DNA of 63,926 nt, the filler included, from Lama guanicoe (lineage: Eukaryota), in NCBI GenBank assembly GCA_013239625.1. It is 102 parts of 102 records of this genome, joined end to end, with 100 filler letters (N's around TTAATTAATTAA, not from the genome) between each part and the next. Parts side by side here need not be neighbours in the genome. Positions count along the whole stretch, not along the records: positions 1 to 309 come from PNXV01026537.1; positions 410 to 936 come from PNXV01026538.1; positions 1,037 to 1,468 come from PNXV01026539.1; positions 1,569 to 2,034 come from PNXV01026540.1; positions 2,135 to 2,758 come from PNXV01026541.1; positions 2,859 to 3,323 come from PNXV01026544.1; positions 3,424 to 4,396 come from PNXV01026545.1; positions 4,497 to 4,937 come from PNXV01026546.1; 94 more parts are not named here. One strand, 5' to 3'. Positions 1 through 10,899 of this stretch are shown piece after piece. The notes beneath the pieces were generated by a model, which saw nothing but the letters and a program-made list of their open reading frames with translations, did no database searches and was not told the origin of the DNA. The position numbers were made by a program, and so were the translations under genes. Numbering within the stretch: position 1 is the first letter of the stretch; every line of letters starts with the position of its first letter.

Positions 1-309
1 ACGCCTGCAGTGACCAGTTCAGCTGTCTTGACGGAAGTACAGTCACCCCTACCATTCCGTGGCCCTGACCTCCTGATGCTGGTAAGAGAGCACGCTGCCG
101 CCTCAGATGGAGAGAAACAGTGAAAGCATTTTCTGAAATCTACAGCACTGACAAAACATGACTGACAAATCCCAGGCTCCTTTGAGAATGTCATTTTCTG
201 TTTCTGGCCAACACCTGTCAATGAGCAGAACCACCCCATTGCCGAGCCATGGGACTCACTTGGGAAGGAGTTTTGGAGAAATTTCCAGGTATAGAATGTA
301 ACCAACTAC

Positions 310-409
310 NNNNNNNNNNNNNNNNNNNNNNNNNNNNNNNNNNNNNNNNNNNNTTAATTAATTAANNNNNNNNNNNNNNNNNNNNNNNNNNNNNNNNNNN
401 NNNNNNNNN
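310..409. other. Artificial contig-joining spacer (first of about 101 identical copies)
   Basis: 44 N + TTAATTAATTAA + 44 N between every contig; the 12-mer is palindromic and has TAA in all six frames. Confidence 0.98.
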
Positions 410-477
410 TGGAATTTGACACAACATTGTAAAATGATTATAAGTGAATAAAAATTTAAAAAAAAAGAAAAAAAAGG
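410..477 (+). mobile_element. L1 3' UTR tail with poly(A), young camelid-type
   Basis: GGAATTTGACACAACATTGTAAAATGATTATA..AATAAAA plus A-tail; same tail at 13971 and 30485. Confidence 0.8.
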
Positions 478-936
478 ATATAGAAGCAACCTAATTGTCC
501 ATCAGCAAGTGAATGGATAAAGAAGTGGTGTGTGTGTGTGTATGTGTGTGTATATGTATGTATGTATATATATATAAAATAAAATTTTACTCAGCCATAA
601 AAAATAACATTATTTTGCCATTTTCAACAACACGATGGACCTGGATGGTTTTCTGCTTAGTGAAACAATTCAGATGGAGAAAGCTAAATTATGTATGGGT
701 CTTTTATATGTGGAACATAAAAATAAAATAAACAAATAATAAATAAAACAGAAACACACTCACAGTACAAACTAGTGGTTACCAGTGTAGAGAAGGAAGA
801 GGGAAGGTGCAAAATAAATGTAGGGGGTTAAAAGGTAAAAACTACCATGTATAAAATAAACAAGCTACAAGGATGTATTTAACATTACAGGGAATAAAAC
901 CAATATTGTATGGAAACTTTAAGTGGAATATAAGCT
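478..936 (+). mobile_element. Older L1 3' end (ORF2 C-terminus and 3' UTR) with internal (TG)n(TA)n microsatellite
   Basis: AAGCAACCTAATTGTCCATCAGCAAGTGAATGGATAAAGAAG, TACTCAGCCATAAAAA and ATGGACCTGGA are L1 3' motifs. Confidence 0.85.
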
Positions 937-1236
937 NNNNNNNNNNNNNNNNNNNNNNNNNNNNNNNNNNNNNNNNNNNNTTAATTAATTAANNNNNNNN
1001 NNNNNNNNNNNNNNNNNNNNNNNNNNNNNNNNNNNNTAGCCCAGCCCAGCTAGTGTATGTTAACAGGAACAGCACCACCAGAGGCGTTGTGGACCCAGGG
1101 ACATTGCAGTCCTAAAGAGCTCCTGGAAAAATCTGGGGTTTTTTTTGTTTGTTTTGTTATGTTTTTTGTTTTTCTTAAATTGTGGGGCAGACTAGTAGTA
1201 TAGAGGGAAAAATAATTGGCAAGAAGGATTTTTTCA

Positions 1237-1372
1237 TATAACAGCTTTATTGTGATATTGTTCACACACCATGAAGTCCACCCACTTAAATGTTACAATT
1301 CAGCAGCTTTTAGCATATTCACATTTGTGCAACCATTATTATTCCAGAACGTTTTCATCACATCAGAAAGTA
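1237..1372 (-). mobile_element. Old L1M 3' end fragment
   Basis: ACAGCTTTATTGTGATATTGTTCACACACCATGAAGTCCACCCACTTAAATGTTACAATTCAG is a typical antisense L1M terminus. Confidence 0.7.
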
Positions 1373-1809
1373 CAGTGGAAATGAATGACCTATCCACTCC
1401 TTCCCACTGGTGGTTCTAGAGAAGTTTCTTGGCTGTTTTTGACCATAAATTAACTTGTTACATTCCATNNNNNNNNNNNNNNNNNNNNNNNNNNNNNNNN
1501 NNNNNNNNNNNNTTAATTAATTAANNNNNNNNNNNNNNNNNNNNNNNNNNNNNNNNNNNNNNNNNNNNGAAAAACTTTAGGTATCAACTTAAACTGTGGA
1601 AACGATACATAGTTTTTTAAAAAAAAAATTCTTCTAGGTAATATAAAAGCAAAAGCCGCTCCAAGCTGTGTTAGATGTGATGATAACCTATAAACAAGCT
1701 CACTGCTGAATGACCCCCCCACCGGGGGGGAGTAGGCAGAAGGGCACCGACGGCCCTTGAGCTGGAGACAGGTGTTTCAGGAACCTTTTCCTTCTTAACT
1801 TGCACAGTA

Positions 1810-1945
1810 GCCCCCTGAGTTAGTGATCAACCCGTTTCAAATCTGAGGGCACCAGAAGGCCCTGAGAAGTCAGGTTATGGACCGAAGTCACAAGAGCAGG
1901 GAATGGGGCGTTGAGGGCTCGCAACAAGGCTTATTTGACTCCCGA
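1810..1945 (-). mobile_element. MIR SINE remnant
   Basis: Degenerate antisense MIR core (CTGAGG..CCTGAGAAG..CCGAAGTCACAAGAGC). Confidence 0.4.
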
Positions 1946-2134
1946 CCCCTAGTTTCTCCTGTAAAAAGGGAACAGCTTGTCCCCCGGAGGCCGGACATGC
2001 CCTTGGTGTCAGCATATGTCCGGATGAGGGAAGCNNNNNNNNNNNNNNNNNNNNNNNNNNNNNNNNNNNNNNNNNNNNTTAATTAATTAANNNNNNNNNN
2101 NNNNNNNNNNNNNNNNNNNNNNNNNNNNNNNNNN

Positions 2135-2758
2135 ATATAGAATACAGAAGATAGAATGTAGAACACAGAATATAGAATATGGATTATAGAATACAGAACC
2201 CAGAATTAAGAACATGGAATGCAGAACACTGAATTTAGAATATAGAATACATACAACTGAAAATAGAATTTAGAATATAGAATGTAGAACACAGAATTTA
2301 GAGTATAGAACACAGAATGCTGAATATAGTATTTAGAATATCGAATGTTGAACACAGAATATAGAAAATAGAATAGAGTATATAGAACCCAGAATTTAGA
2401 ACATGGAATTTAGAACACAGAAAATTAGTATATAGAATACAGAATACAGAATATAGAATTTAGAACATAGAATACGGAACACAGATTTAAAATATAGAAT
2501 AGAGAATACTTAATACAGGATTTAGAATGTAGAATTTAGGACACAGTATATAGAATATACACTATGGAATGCAGAATATAGAATATAGAATATTGAATGT
2601 TGAAACAAAATTATAGAATATAGAATAGAAAATATAGAACCCAGAATTTAGAAATTGGAAATCAGAATTCAGTATTTAGTATATAGAATACAGAACACCG
2701 AATATGGAATATAGAACATGGAATGCAGAACCCAGAAAATACAATATAGAATATGGAA
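2135..2758 (+). repeat. Heptamer satellite (AATATAG/AATTTAG/AACACAG/AACATGG variants)
   Basis: Whole contig tiles with 7-bp GAA-containing units. Confidence 0.95.
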
Positions 2759-2858
2759 NNNNNNNNNNNNNNNNNNNNNNNNNNNNNNNNNNNNNNNNNN
2801 NNTTAATTAATTAANNNNNNNNNNNNNNNNNNNNNNNNNNNNNNNNNNNNNNNNNNNN

Positions 2859-3323
2859 CTCTATGCCAGGGAATGCTAGCGGTGTTTGCAGGAAATCCCA
2901 GGGACAGGAGCTGCCTCCCCAAGGTCAGGGAAGGTTTTTCTCGGACTTCCCCGTACAGGGAACACCTGTGACTGAAGAGAGCTGCGTGGAGTTCTCTCTC
3001 GAGCTCCCCCACGCACTGACAATGGTTCCGGAATCCTGAGCGTGGGGAGGTTCCACCAACGGTCTGCAGCGCGTGGGTTCTAACGGAATGCCTAAGCTCG
3101 TCTCCCCTGAGGGTTTTCCTAATGTCTCTGTGCCAGGGAATGCTAGGGGGGTTTGCAGGAAGTCCCAGGGACAGAGGCTGCCTCCCCAAGGTCAGGGAAG
3201 GTATTTCGCGGACTTCCCCGAACAGGGAACACCTTTGACTGAAGAGAGCTGCGTGCAGTTGTCTCTCGAGTTCGCCCACGCACTGACAATGGTTCTGGAA
3301 TCCTGAGCATTGGGAGGTTCCAC
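2859..3323 (-). repeat. 267-bp GC-rich satellite
   Basis: TGCCAGGGAATGCTAG at 2864 and 3131 (period 267); strand given relative to GCTCGAGAGACAACTCCACGCAGC. Confidence 0.95.
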
Positions 3324-3423
3324 NNNNNNNNNNNNNNNNNNNNNNNNNNNNNNNNNNNNNNNNNNNNTTAATTAATTAANNNNNNNNNNNNNNNNNNNNN
3401 NNNNNNNNNNNNNNNNNNNNNNN

Positions 3424-3775
3424 CTCTCTCCATTTCGCTATTCTGCGTGTGTCTGTGTGTGTGTGCGTGTGCATGCGCCCGCGCATGCGTGTCTGTCTGT
3501 CTCCCTTGTCTCTCCTCTCCTCTCCCCTCCTCTCCTCTTCCCTGTTCTCCCTTCCCTTCCCCCCTCACCCCTCCGCTCCTCTCTTCTCCCCTCCCCACCA
3601 CTCCTCTCCTCTCCCCTCGCCTCCTCTCGCTTCCCCTTCCCTCCCCTCTTTTCCCTCCTCTCCTTTCCTGTCCTCTCCCTTTTATCCCTCCTCTCCTCTG
3701 CTCGCTCTCTCTCTCCCCCTCTTCCTCCCCCTTTCCCTTCCCTCCCTCCTCCCTACACCCCCCAACCCCTACCTT
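3424..3775. repeat. Low-complexity (GT)n followed by a long (CCTCT)n-like polypyrimidine tract
   Basis: About 270 bp almost purely C/T; the contig also ends in (CATT)n at 4373-4396. Confidence 0.9.
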
Positions 3776-4496
3776 CACAGGGCCTCATAGATCGCAATCG
3801 GTTTCCATGAAATGTGATGAAGAGGGAATGAAGTTTAGAATGATATCCCCATGCCTTCGAAACCTTCTTCCCCAGGGATAGCGAGTTATTTGTGGTTGTG
3901 TTTGTTTTCGTTTTCCTTGTTGTTGTTTTGGGGCGCATCGAGGGCGCAGGAGGCTTTGGGAGTGAGGGTGATGTTTCTCTTTCTGTCTGTCTCCTCCTTA
4001 GGAAGGATTTTAAGAGGAGGGAGGACTCACAGAAATCTACCATCTCGTCTCGTACTGCAGCTGTGTTTGAGCTTCCTATACGATCTGGGCGGAACACTCC
4101 CCACCCTCACCTCAAGCCGCCATCGCCGCCCCCTCAGCCCCCTGCACCCCCGTCCAGTCCCGCGCTTGGGGCCGTGGTTGAGCATGGGGGGATGTTGGCG
4201 GGGTGGTCGTTGGTGGGGGTTAGGGTGGTGAAGGAAACCAGAAAACAGACCACTGTGGCACGTGGCTGATCGGGGCTTCAGGGTGAAGGAGGATGAATAA
4301 AATGGCCGGAATTAGGCTAACGGATTGCCTCTTCTTTTTTAGGCGGGGGAGGGGAGGGGAGGATCATTAGGTCATTCATTCATTCATTCATTCATTNNNN
4401 NNNNNNNNNNNNNNNNNNNNNNNNNNNNNNNNNNNNNNNNTTAATTAATTAANNNNNNNNNNNNNNNNNNNNNNNNNNNNNNNNNNNNNNNNNNNN

Positions 4497-4937
4497 TATG
4501 ATTGTTCATTTGAAAATGATGTGTTTTCTCCTCCTCTGGGTACTACTAAAAATTTCTCCTTGATTTTGAGTTTAGCAGCTTATCTATGATGCATTTATGT
4601 TTTTTTCTTTTATTTTTTTGTCCTTGAGGTTTATAGAGATTCTGGATGTTTTGCTTGACCACTTCTCCGAGATAAGAAAACTCTCAGATATTATTTCTTC
4701 AAATAATAGCTCTATCTCTATCCCACTTTTGTCTCACTCTTCCTCCCTCCTGCTTCTCCTCCACCTCTCCCCTTCTCCTTCTTATCTCTCACTCTCTCTC
4801 TGCATGTTACTTCAATAGTATACATATACGTTAGTGACTTCATTACATGCTTATGTGTTACTTATGTTCCTTTTATGTTCTTATATATTTTCCATTATTT
4901 TTCTTTGTTTCAATAATTATTTTATATTGGTTTATCT
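4497..4937 (-). mobile_element. Probable old L1M fragment (ORF1 region)
   Basis: T-rich antisense motifs (TTGAAAATGATGTGTTTTCTC, AAAACTCTCAGATATTATTTCTTCAAATA). Confidence 0.5.
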
Positions 4938-5289
4938 NNNNNNNNNNNNNNNNNNNNNNNNNNNNNNNNNNNNNNNNNNNNTTAATTAATTAANNNNNNN
5001 NNNNNNNNNNNNNNNNNNNNNNNNNNNNNNNNNNNNNTGCTGGAATTTCCACTATGGTTGAGAATTCCTGGTTTCTATAACCTGTTAAGACAACCTTAAT
5101 ATTGGCTGCACCCATACAGGGTAATTGGAAATTCATGATATGGTGGTGTAGAGACGGGGCCTTATATGCTTCTTCTCTTTCTATTTTCTAGCACTCATTC
5201 TCCTGGGCCTTCCAGATCCTCCCCCAGAAGTGCCCACAGCTGGCTTGGTGCCGCGCTGAGGCAATATTTGTTAATAACGCCCTTTCCTC

Positions 5290-5345
5290 TTCTCCTCTGA
5301 GCCTCCGTTTCTTTCTCTGCACAATGAGGGCATAGACTAGATAAA
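5290..5345 (+). mobile_element. MIR core fragment
   Basis: CTCTGAGCCTCCGTTTCTTTCTCTGCACAATGAGGG resembles the MIR core CTCTGAGCCTCAGTTTCCTCATCTGTAAAATGGGG. Confidence 0.6.
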
Positions 5346-5736
5346 TACTTTTCAGTTTCTTTTAAAGCCATGTTCCCTTTGAGAAACAGAAAATGCAAAT
5401 CTCTCCTCTCAACCCAACCCTTTAGATTTTGGTATGTCCTCCAAGGAGTGACATAGCTCTTTGTAAAAATTTGATGTGATTTTGATTCCAGGTGACACAG
5501 AAAAGACTCTTCAGGGATTTATTGCAGGGAGAGGGCAGGAAAGAGGCAGCATGTGACATTTTCTAGTGTGAGCAATGGAGCAGGGATTAGGATTTAAATA
5601 CGGTGTCTGACGTGGCCTCTCTCTAATCTTGTAGAANNNNNNNNNNNNNNNNNNNNNNNNNNNNNNNNNNNNNNNNNNNNTTAATTAATTAANNNNNNNN
5701 NNNNNNNNNNNNNNNNNNNNNNNNNNNNNNNNNNNN

Positions 5737-6231
5737 TTTGCAGCTTGTACCTCCCCATATATATGGATGGTGTGGATTTGCCAACCCAAAAGAAATTTTC
5801 TGTTCTCTTCAAGCTAGGTGAAGGACGGCTTTTACACACACTTATCTCTCAGAACTGAGCATGTGGAGAGACGTCCGTTCATCCAGGACCAAGGGATCGG
5901 GTTGTAGGGAAACCCTTACTCTGGTTTCTCCGTATGTTTCCTAGTGCCGTTTTGAAGTGCATGCCGTTTTCACTGTAAAACCGAGTTGGAGCTTGTACCT
6001 CCCCATGTATATGTATGGAGTGGAGTTGGCAACTGAAAAGAAACTTTGTGTTCCCTTCAAGCTAGGTGAAGGACGGCTTTCACACACAGTTTTCTCTCAG
6101 AACTGAGCATGTGGAGAGACGTCCGTTCATCCAGGACCAAGGGATCGGGTTGTAGGGAAACCCTTACTCTGGTTTCTCCGTATGTTTCCTAGTGCCGTTT
6201 TGAAGTGCATGCCGTTTTCACTGTAAAACCG
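5737..6231 (+). repeat. 248-bp satellite
   Basis: GCTAGGTGAAGGACGGC at 5813 and 6061 (period 248); strand given relative to CTGAGCATGTGGAGAGACG. Confidence 0.95.
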
Positions 6232-6469
6232 NNNNNNNNNNNNNNNNNNNNNNNNNNNNNNNNNNNNNNNNNNNNTTAATTAATTAANNNNNNNNNNNNN
6301 NNNNNNNNNNNNNNNNNNNNNNNNNNNNNNNCTTTCCTTTGCCACTTTTTGTAGCACTGCCATCACTGGCAGGTAAAGGGAAAGCAATGTGACTTGGCCG
6401 TTAGGCTGATGGGGCTACATTTTCCAGCACTGGAATGAAAAGACACCGGAAGAGGATCAGCTGGAAGAT

Positions 6470-6572
6470 GTGAATCGCGGTCCTGGCCTGTGCCAAACAC
6501 TAACCAGGTGACCCTGGTTTAGGCTCTTAGTCTCTCTGGGCTTCCGGCTGTTTACTTATAAAAGAAGGTTTT
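6470..6572 (+). mobile_element. MIR remnant
   Basis: GTCCTGGC..GTGACCCTGG..TCTCTCTGGGCTTC..TATAAAAG follows the order of the MIR core. Confidence 0.45.
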
Positions 6573-7288
6573 GTCATTGCACAAATATATCCAATATGAA
6601 ATGTAACATGAAAGTGAAACATAATGACATCTCCCCTGCTTGCCTAAGGGAACTGTACAAGAACTGAACACTATGTGAATGCAAACACAGACTTAAGAAA
6701 ACTATTGAGATAAAGCGCTAAACTGAACATGNNNNNNNNNNNNNNNNNNNNNNNNNNNNNNNNNNNNNNNNNNNNTTAATTAATTAANNNNNNNNNNNNN
6801 NNNNNNNNNNNNNNNNNNNNNNNNNNNNNNNCTTTTCCCTCTTTCTTCCGCTTGGACCTCTGTCTTCAACTCTCTTCTGTCGTCCTCAAAGGACATCGCT
6901 CCACTCCATGGACTGCCGCTGCTGGTCCCTCTGGCGGCCTCCCAGAGCTCTCCCTGCACCACACCAGCCCCAGACTCTTAGATCCGCCTCCGACTGGGCA
7001 TTGTGCCCTAAGAGCTGGGGACACCTGGCAAGAGACGGTCCCTTTTCACCTACAGCCTCCAATCAATGGAGGAGGAGGCAGAAACTGACACGTCTACTTA
7101 TATCAGCTGGTGACGAGTGCCTTAAAAAAAGTTACCCAGGGTAAGGGATGGTGAGGGAGGGGTGTTAGATGGAGAAGCCCTGGTCAAANNNNNNNNNNNN
7201 NNNNNNNNNNNNNNNNNNNNNNNNNNNNNNNNTTAATTAATTAANNNNNNNNNNNNNNNNNNNNNNNNNNNNNNNNNNNNNNNNNNNN

Positions 7289-7692
7289 GGCAGGCACTTC
7301 AAACCGGCACTAGGAAACAGACATTGAAACCAGAGTAACTGTTTCTCCTGCAAACTGTTCCATTTGTGCTGGATGAACGAACGTCTCTCCACATGCTCAG
7401 TTCTGAGAGATACGGGAGTGTGAAAGCCGTCCTTCACCTAGCTTGAAGGGAACACAAAGTTTCTTTTCAGTTGCAAACTCCACTCCATACATATATATGG
7501 GGAGGTACGAGCTCCAACTCGGTTTTACAATGAAAACGGCAGGCACTTCAAAACGACACTAGAAAACAGACTGAGAAACCAGAGTAAGTGCTTCTCCTGC
7601 AACTCGTTCCCTTTGTGCTGGATGAACGAACGTCTCCCCAAAGGCTCAGTTTTGAGAGATAAGTCTGTGTGAAAGCCATCCTTCACCTAGCT
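7289..7692 (-). repeat. 248-bp satellite
   Basis: GGCAGGCACTTCAAA repeated; TCCACATGCTCAGTTCTGAGAGA motif. Confidence 0.95.
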
Positions 7693-7792
7693 NNNNNNNN
7701 NNNNNNNNNNNNNNNNNNNNNNNNNNNNNNNNNNNNTTAATTAATTAANNNNNNNNNNNNNNNNNNNNNNNNNNNNNNNNNNNNNNNNNNNN

Positions 7793-7900
7793 CAGAGCCA
7801 CAGAACAGAACCCACTCTGCACCTGCAGGCGTAATAAATCTCGGTACTCCCACCCTCTGTGTGGTGCTTGTTTCTTGGCTGGCCTGTTGTTTCTGTAACA
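7793..7900 (+). mobile_element. 3' part of an ERV1-type LTR, paralogous to 23529-23938
   Basis: AATAAA signal, terminal TAACA, then the same ACAC target site and flank as the copy ending at 23938. Confidence 0.85.
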
Positions 7901-8151
7901 ACACAAGCGATAATGCCTGTGAAATAAATCTGCGGCGGCTGCTGGGAGGTCCCCATGTCTCACGTGGGAAAACCTGAAACATCCTTCTCATCACTCATAG
8001 TTATCCTCAGTCCACCCCACCCCTCCCGCTGTTAAATGCAGGAGCACAGGCNNNNNNNNNNNNNNNNNNNNNNNNNNNNNNNNNNNNNNNNNNNNTTAAT
8101 TAATTAANNNNNNNNNNNNNNNNNNNNNNNNNNNNNNNNNNNNNNNNNNNN

Positions 8152-8928
8152 AATATCATGTAGTTCGATCTGAATCACTTTATATCTGTAGACATTATTT
8201 ACAGTATGTATATTTTAACAATATTAATTCCTCTAAAGTAAGACCTTGAGATTTCATTCCATTTCTTTGCATCATCTTCAAATTTCTTTTTCAGTGTCCT
8301 ATTGATTTTATTATCTTGGATTTTTCATAGGTTTTTCATTTTTTGATCTGATTTCAAATGTATGTTTTAAAAGTATGTTATATTTCATTGTTAGTGTAAA
8401 TAAATGTGACAGTTATTGTATATTAATCATGAATCATGCTACTTTGCTAAATGTCTTTATTAGTTTTAGTTGTTGCAGTGTGGAGAATATTTAGGGTTCT
8501 CTATATAGATTATTATGTCATCTAAATTAAAAACAGTTTTACTTCATTCAATACAACTTGAATATGTTTTTTTCTAGTACGATTGCTGTTGTTGGGACAT
8601 CCCATAGTGTGTTTAATAGAAATGGTGAGTGTGGGCATCCTTGTCTTATTCCTTAATTTGGCTTTCAGTTATTCACTTTTGCATATTATGTTGTCTGTGG
8701 TTCTGTAATTAATGACTTTAGTTATGTTGAGATATATTTCCTGAATCCTACTTTGGTAAGAGCTTTCTGTTGTTGTTGTTGTTGTTCCTGTTGTTGTTGT
8801 TGTTGCTGTTGTGCTTTTGTAATGAATAAATGCTGAATATTGTGAAATTGTTTTTATGGGTTTTTTGGGATGACCACCAGTTTTCTCTTTTTCTTTTATA
8901 ATGTGTTGTATCAAACTGATTGATTTGT
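8152..8928 (-). mobile_element. L1 ORF2 fragment with internal (GTT)n microsatellite
   Basis: GGTGAGTGTGGGCATCCTTGTCTT and TTATGTTGAGATATATTTCC are antisense L1 RT-region motifs. Confidence 0.85.
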
Positions 8929-9028
8929 NNNNNNNNNNNNNNNNNNNNNNNNNNNNNNNNNNNNNNNNNNNNTTAATTAATTAANNNNNNNNNNNNNNNN
9001 NNNNNNNNNNNNNNNNNNNNNNNNNNNN

Positions 9029-9482
9029 TTATCTCTCAGAACTGAGCATGTGGACAGACGTTGGTTCATCCAGCACAGAGGTAACGGGTTTCAGGAGAAA
9101 CACTGAATCTGGTTTCTCAGCCTGTTTCCTAGTGCCGGTTTGAAGTGCCTGCCGTTTTCACTGTAAAACCGTGTTGGAGCTAGTTCTTCCCAATAAATAT
9201 GAATGGAGTTGAGTTTGCAACTGAAAAGAAACTTCGTGTTCCCTTCAAGCAAGGTGAAGGTCGGCTTTCAACACACAAATCTCTCAGAACTGAGCAATTG
9301 GAGAGATGTTAGTTCAACCAGCACAAAGGGAACTGTTTGCAGGAGAAACACTGAATCTGGTTTCTCAGACTGTTTCTTGTGCCGGTTTGAAGTTCTTGAT
9401 GTTTTCACTGTGAAACCGAGTTGTTGCTTGTACCTCCCATATATATGTATGGACAGGAGTGTGCAACTGAAAAGAATCTTTG
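9029..9482 (+). repeat. 248-bp satellite
   Basis: TCTCTCAGAACTGAGCA repeated about 248 bp apart. Confidence 0.95.
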
Positions 9483-9582
9483 NNNNNNNNNNNNNNNNNN
9501 NNNNNNNNNNNNNNNNNNNNNNNNNNTTAATTAATTAANNNNNNNNNNNNNNNNNNNNNNNNNNNNNNNNNNNNNNNNNNNN

Positions 9583-10229
9583 AAGTTATTTCTCAGAATT
9601 CCCCCTAAGAGGGAACACCTGTGACTGAAGAAAACTGCGTGGAGTTGTGTCTCGAGCTCCCCCAAGAACTGAAAATGTTTCTGGAATCCTGAGCGTGGGG
9701 AGGTTCCACCAAGAGTCGGCAGCGCGTGGGTTCTAACAGAATGCCTTAGCTCAACTCCCCTGGGTTTTTTCCTAATGTCTCGCTGCCAGGGAATGCTAGG
9801 GGCCTTTGCAGGCAATCCCAGTGACTGAGGCTGCCTCCCCAATGTCAGGGAAGTTATTTCTCAGAATTCCTCATTACAGGGAACATCTGTGAATGAAGAG
9901 AGCTACGTGGAGTTGTCTCTCGAGGGCCCCCACGCACTGACAATGGTTCCGGAACCCTGAGCGTGGGGAGGTTCCACCAACGGTCGGCAGCGCGTGGGTT
10001 CTAACGGAATGCCTGTGCTCGTCTCCCCTGAGGGTTTTCCTCATTTCTCTGTGCCAGGGAATGCTAGGGGTGGTTGCAGGAAAACCCAGTGACAGAGGCT
10101 GCCTCCCCAAGGTCAGGGAAGGTATTTCTCGGACTTCCCCGATCAGGGAACACCTCTGACTGAAAAGAGCTGCGTGGAGCTGTCTCTCGAGCTCCCACAA
10201 GCACTGACAATGTTTCCGGAACCCTGAGC
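9583..10229 (-). repeat. 267-bp satellite (about 2.4 units)
   Basis: CCTGAGCGTGGGGAGGTTCCACCAA repeats. Confidence 0.95.
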
Positions 10230-10329
10230 NNNNNNNNNNNNNNNNNNNNNNNNNNNNNNNNNNNNNNNNNNNNTTAATTAATTAANNNNNNNNNNNNNNN
10301 NNNNNNNNNNNNNNNNNNNNNNNNNNNNN

Positions 10330-10557
10330 ATAGAATAATGGACACAAATTATAGAATATAGAATAGAGAATATAGAACAGAGAATTAAGAACATGTAATA
10401 TTGAACACAGAATTTAGAATATAGAATACAGAATACTGAAATTCGAATTTAGAATATAGAATGTAGAACACAGAATATAGAATATAGTATACAGAATATA
10501 TAACACAAAATTTAGAACATGAAATGCAGTACACAGAATTTAGAATATAGAATACAG
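10330..10557 (+). repeat. Heptamer satellite
   Basis: 7-bp AATATAG-type tiling. Confidence 0.95.
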
Positions 10558-10899
10558 NNNNNNNNNNNNNNNNNNNNNNNNNNNNNNNNNNNNNNNNNNN
10601 NTTAATTAATTAANNNNNNNNNNNNNNNNNNNNNNNNNNNNNNNNNNNNNNNNNNNNGAAGCATCTGATGGAGGGCTGGATCAGGGAGGTAAAACTTGAG
10701 CTGCGGTTCTTGAAGGGTTACAGAAGGGTACAGAGGCAGGTCTGCCGCCTAGGGGTGCCCCAGAGGTAAAGCTTTTTCTCTCCAACTCCGCTAAGACCCT
10801 CCCCTCTCCAGATCCCTCCCTACTGTCAGCTCATCGTGTCCATCTGTATCTCTCCAATTTTCCCGTCCTCTCTACCCGCTCCCATCTTCTCCCTCCCTC

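Noticed and set aside
354..365. Regularly recurring TTAATTAATTAA between unique segments (CRISPR-like or homeodomain-site appearance)
   Set aside because: Always embedded in N44 blocks, so it is an assembly linker and not biological sequence
1676..1712. Box C (GTGATGA) and box D (CTGA) snoRNA-like pair; also GTGATGA near 3815
   Set aside because: Only about 30 nt apart in the first case and no nearby box D in the second
2803..3279. Recurrent GELERQLHAALFSHRCSL 'protein family' in many contigs
   Set aside because: 267 bp is a multiple of 3, so the satellite yields repeated ORFs; copies show frameshifts and stops
3368..3881. Pro/Ser-rich and Gly/Arg/Glu-rich ORFs
   Set aside because: Artefacts of the C/T low-complexity tract
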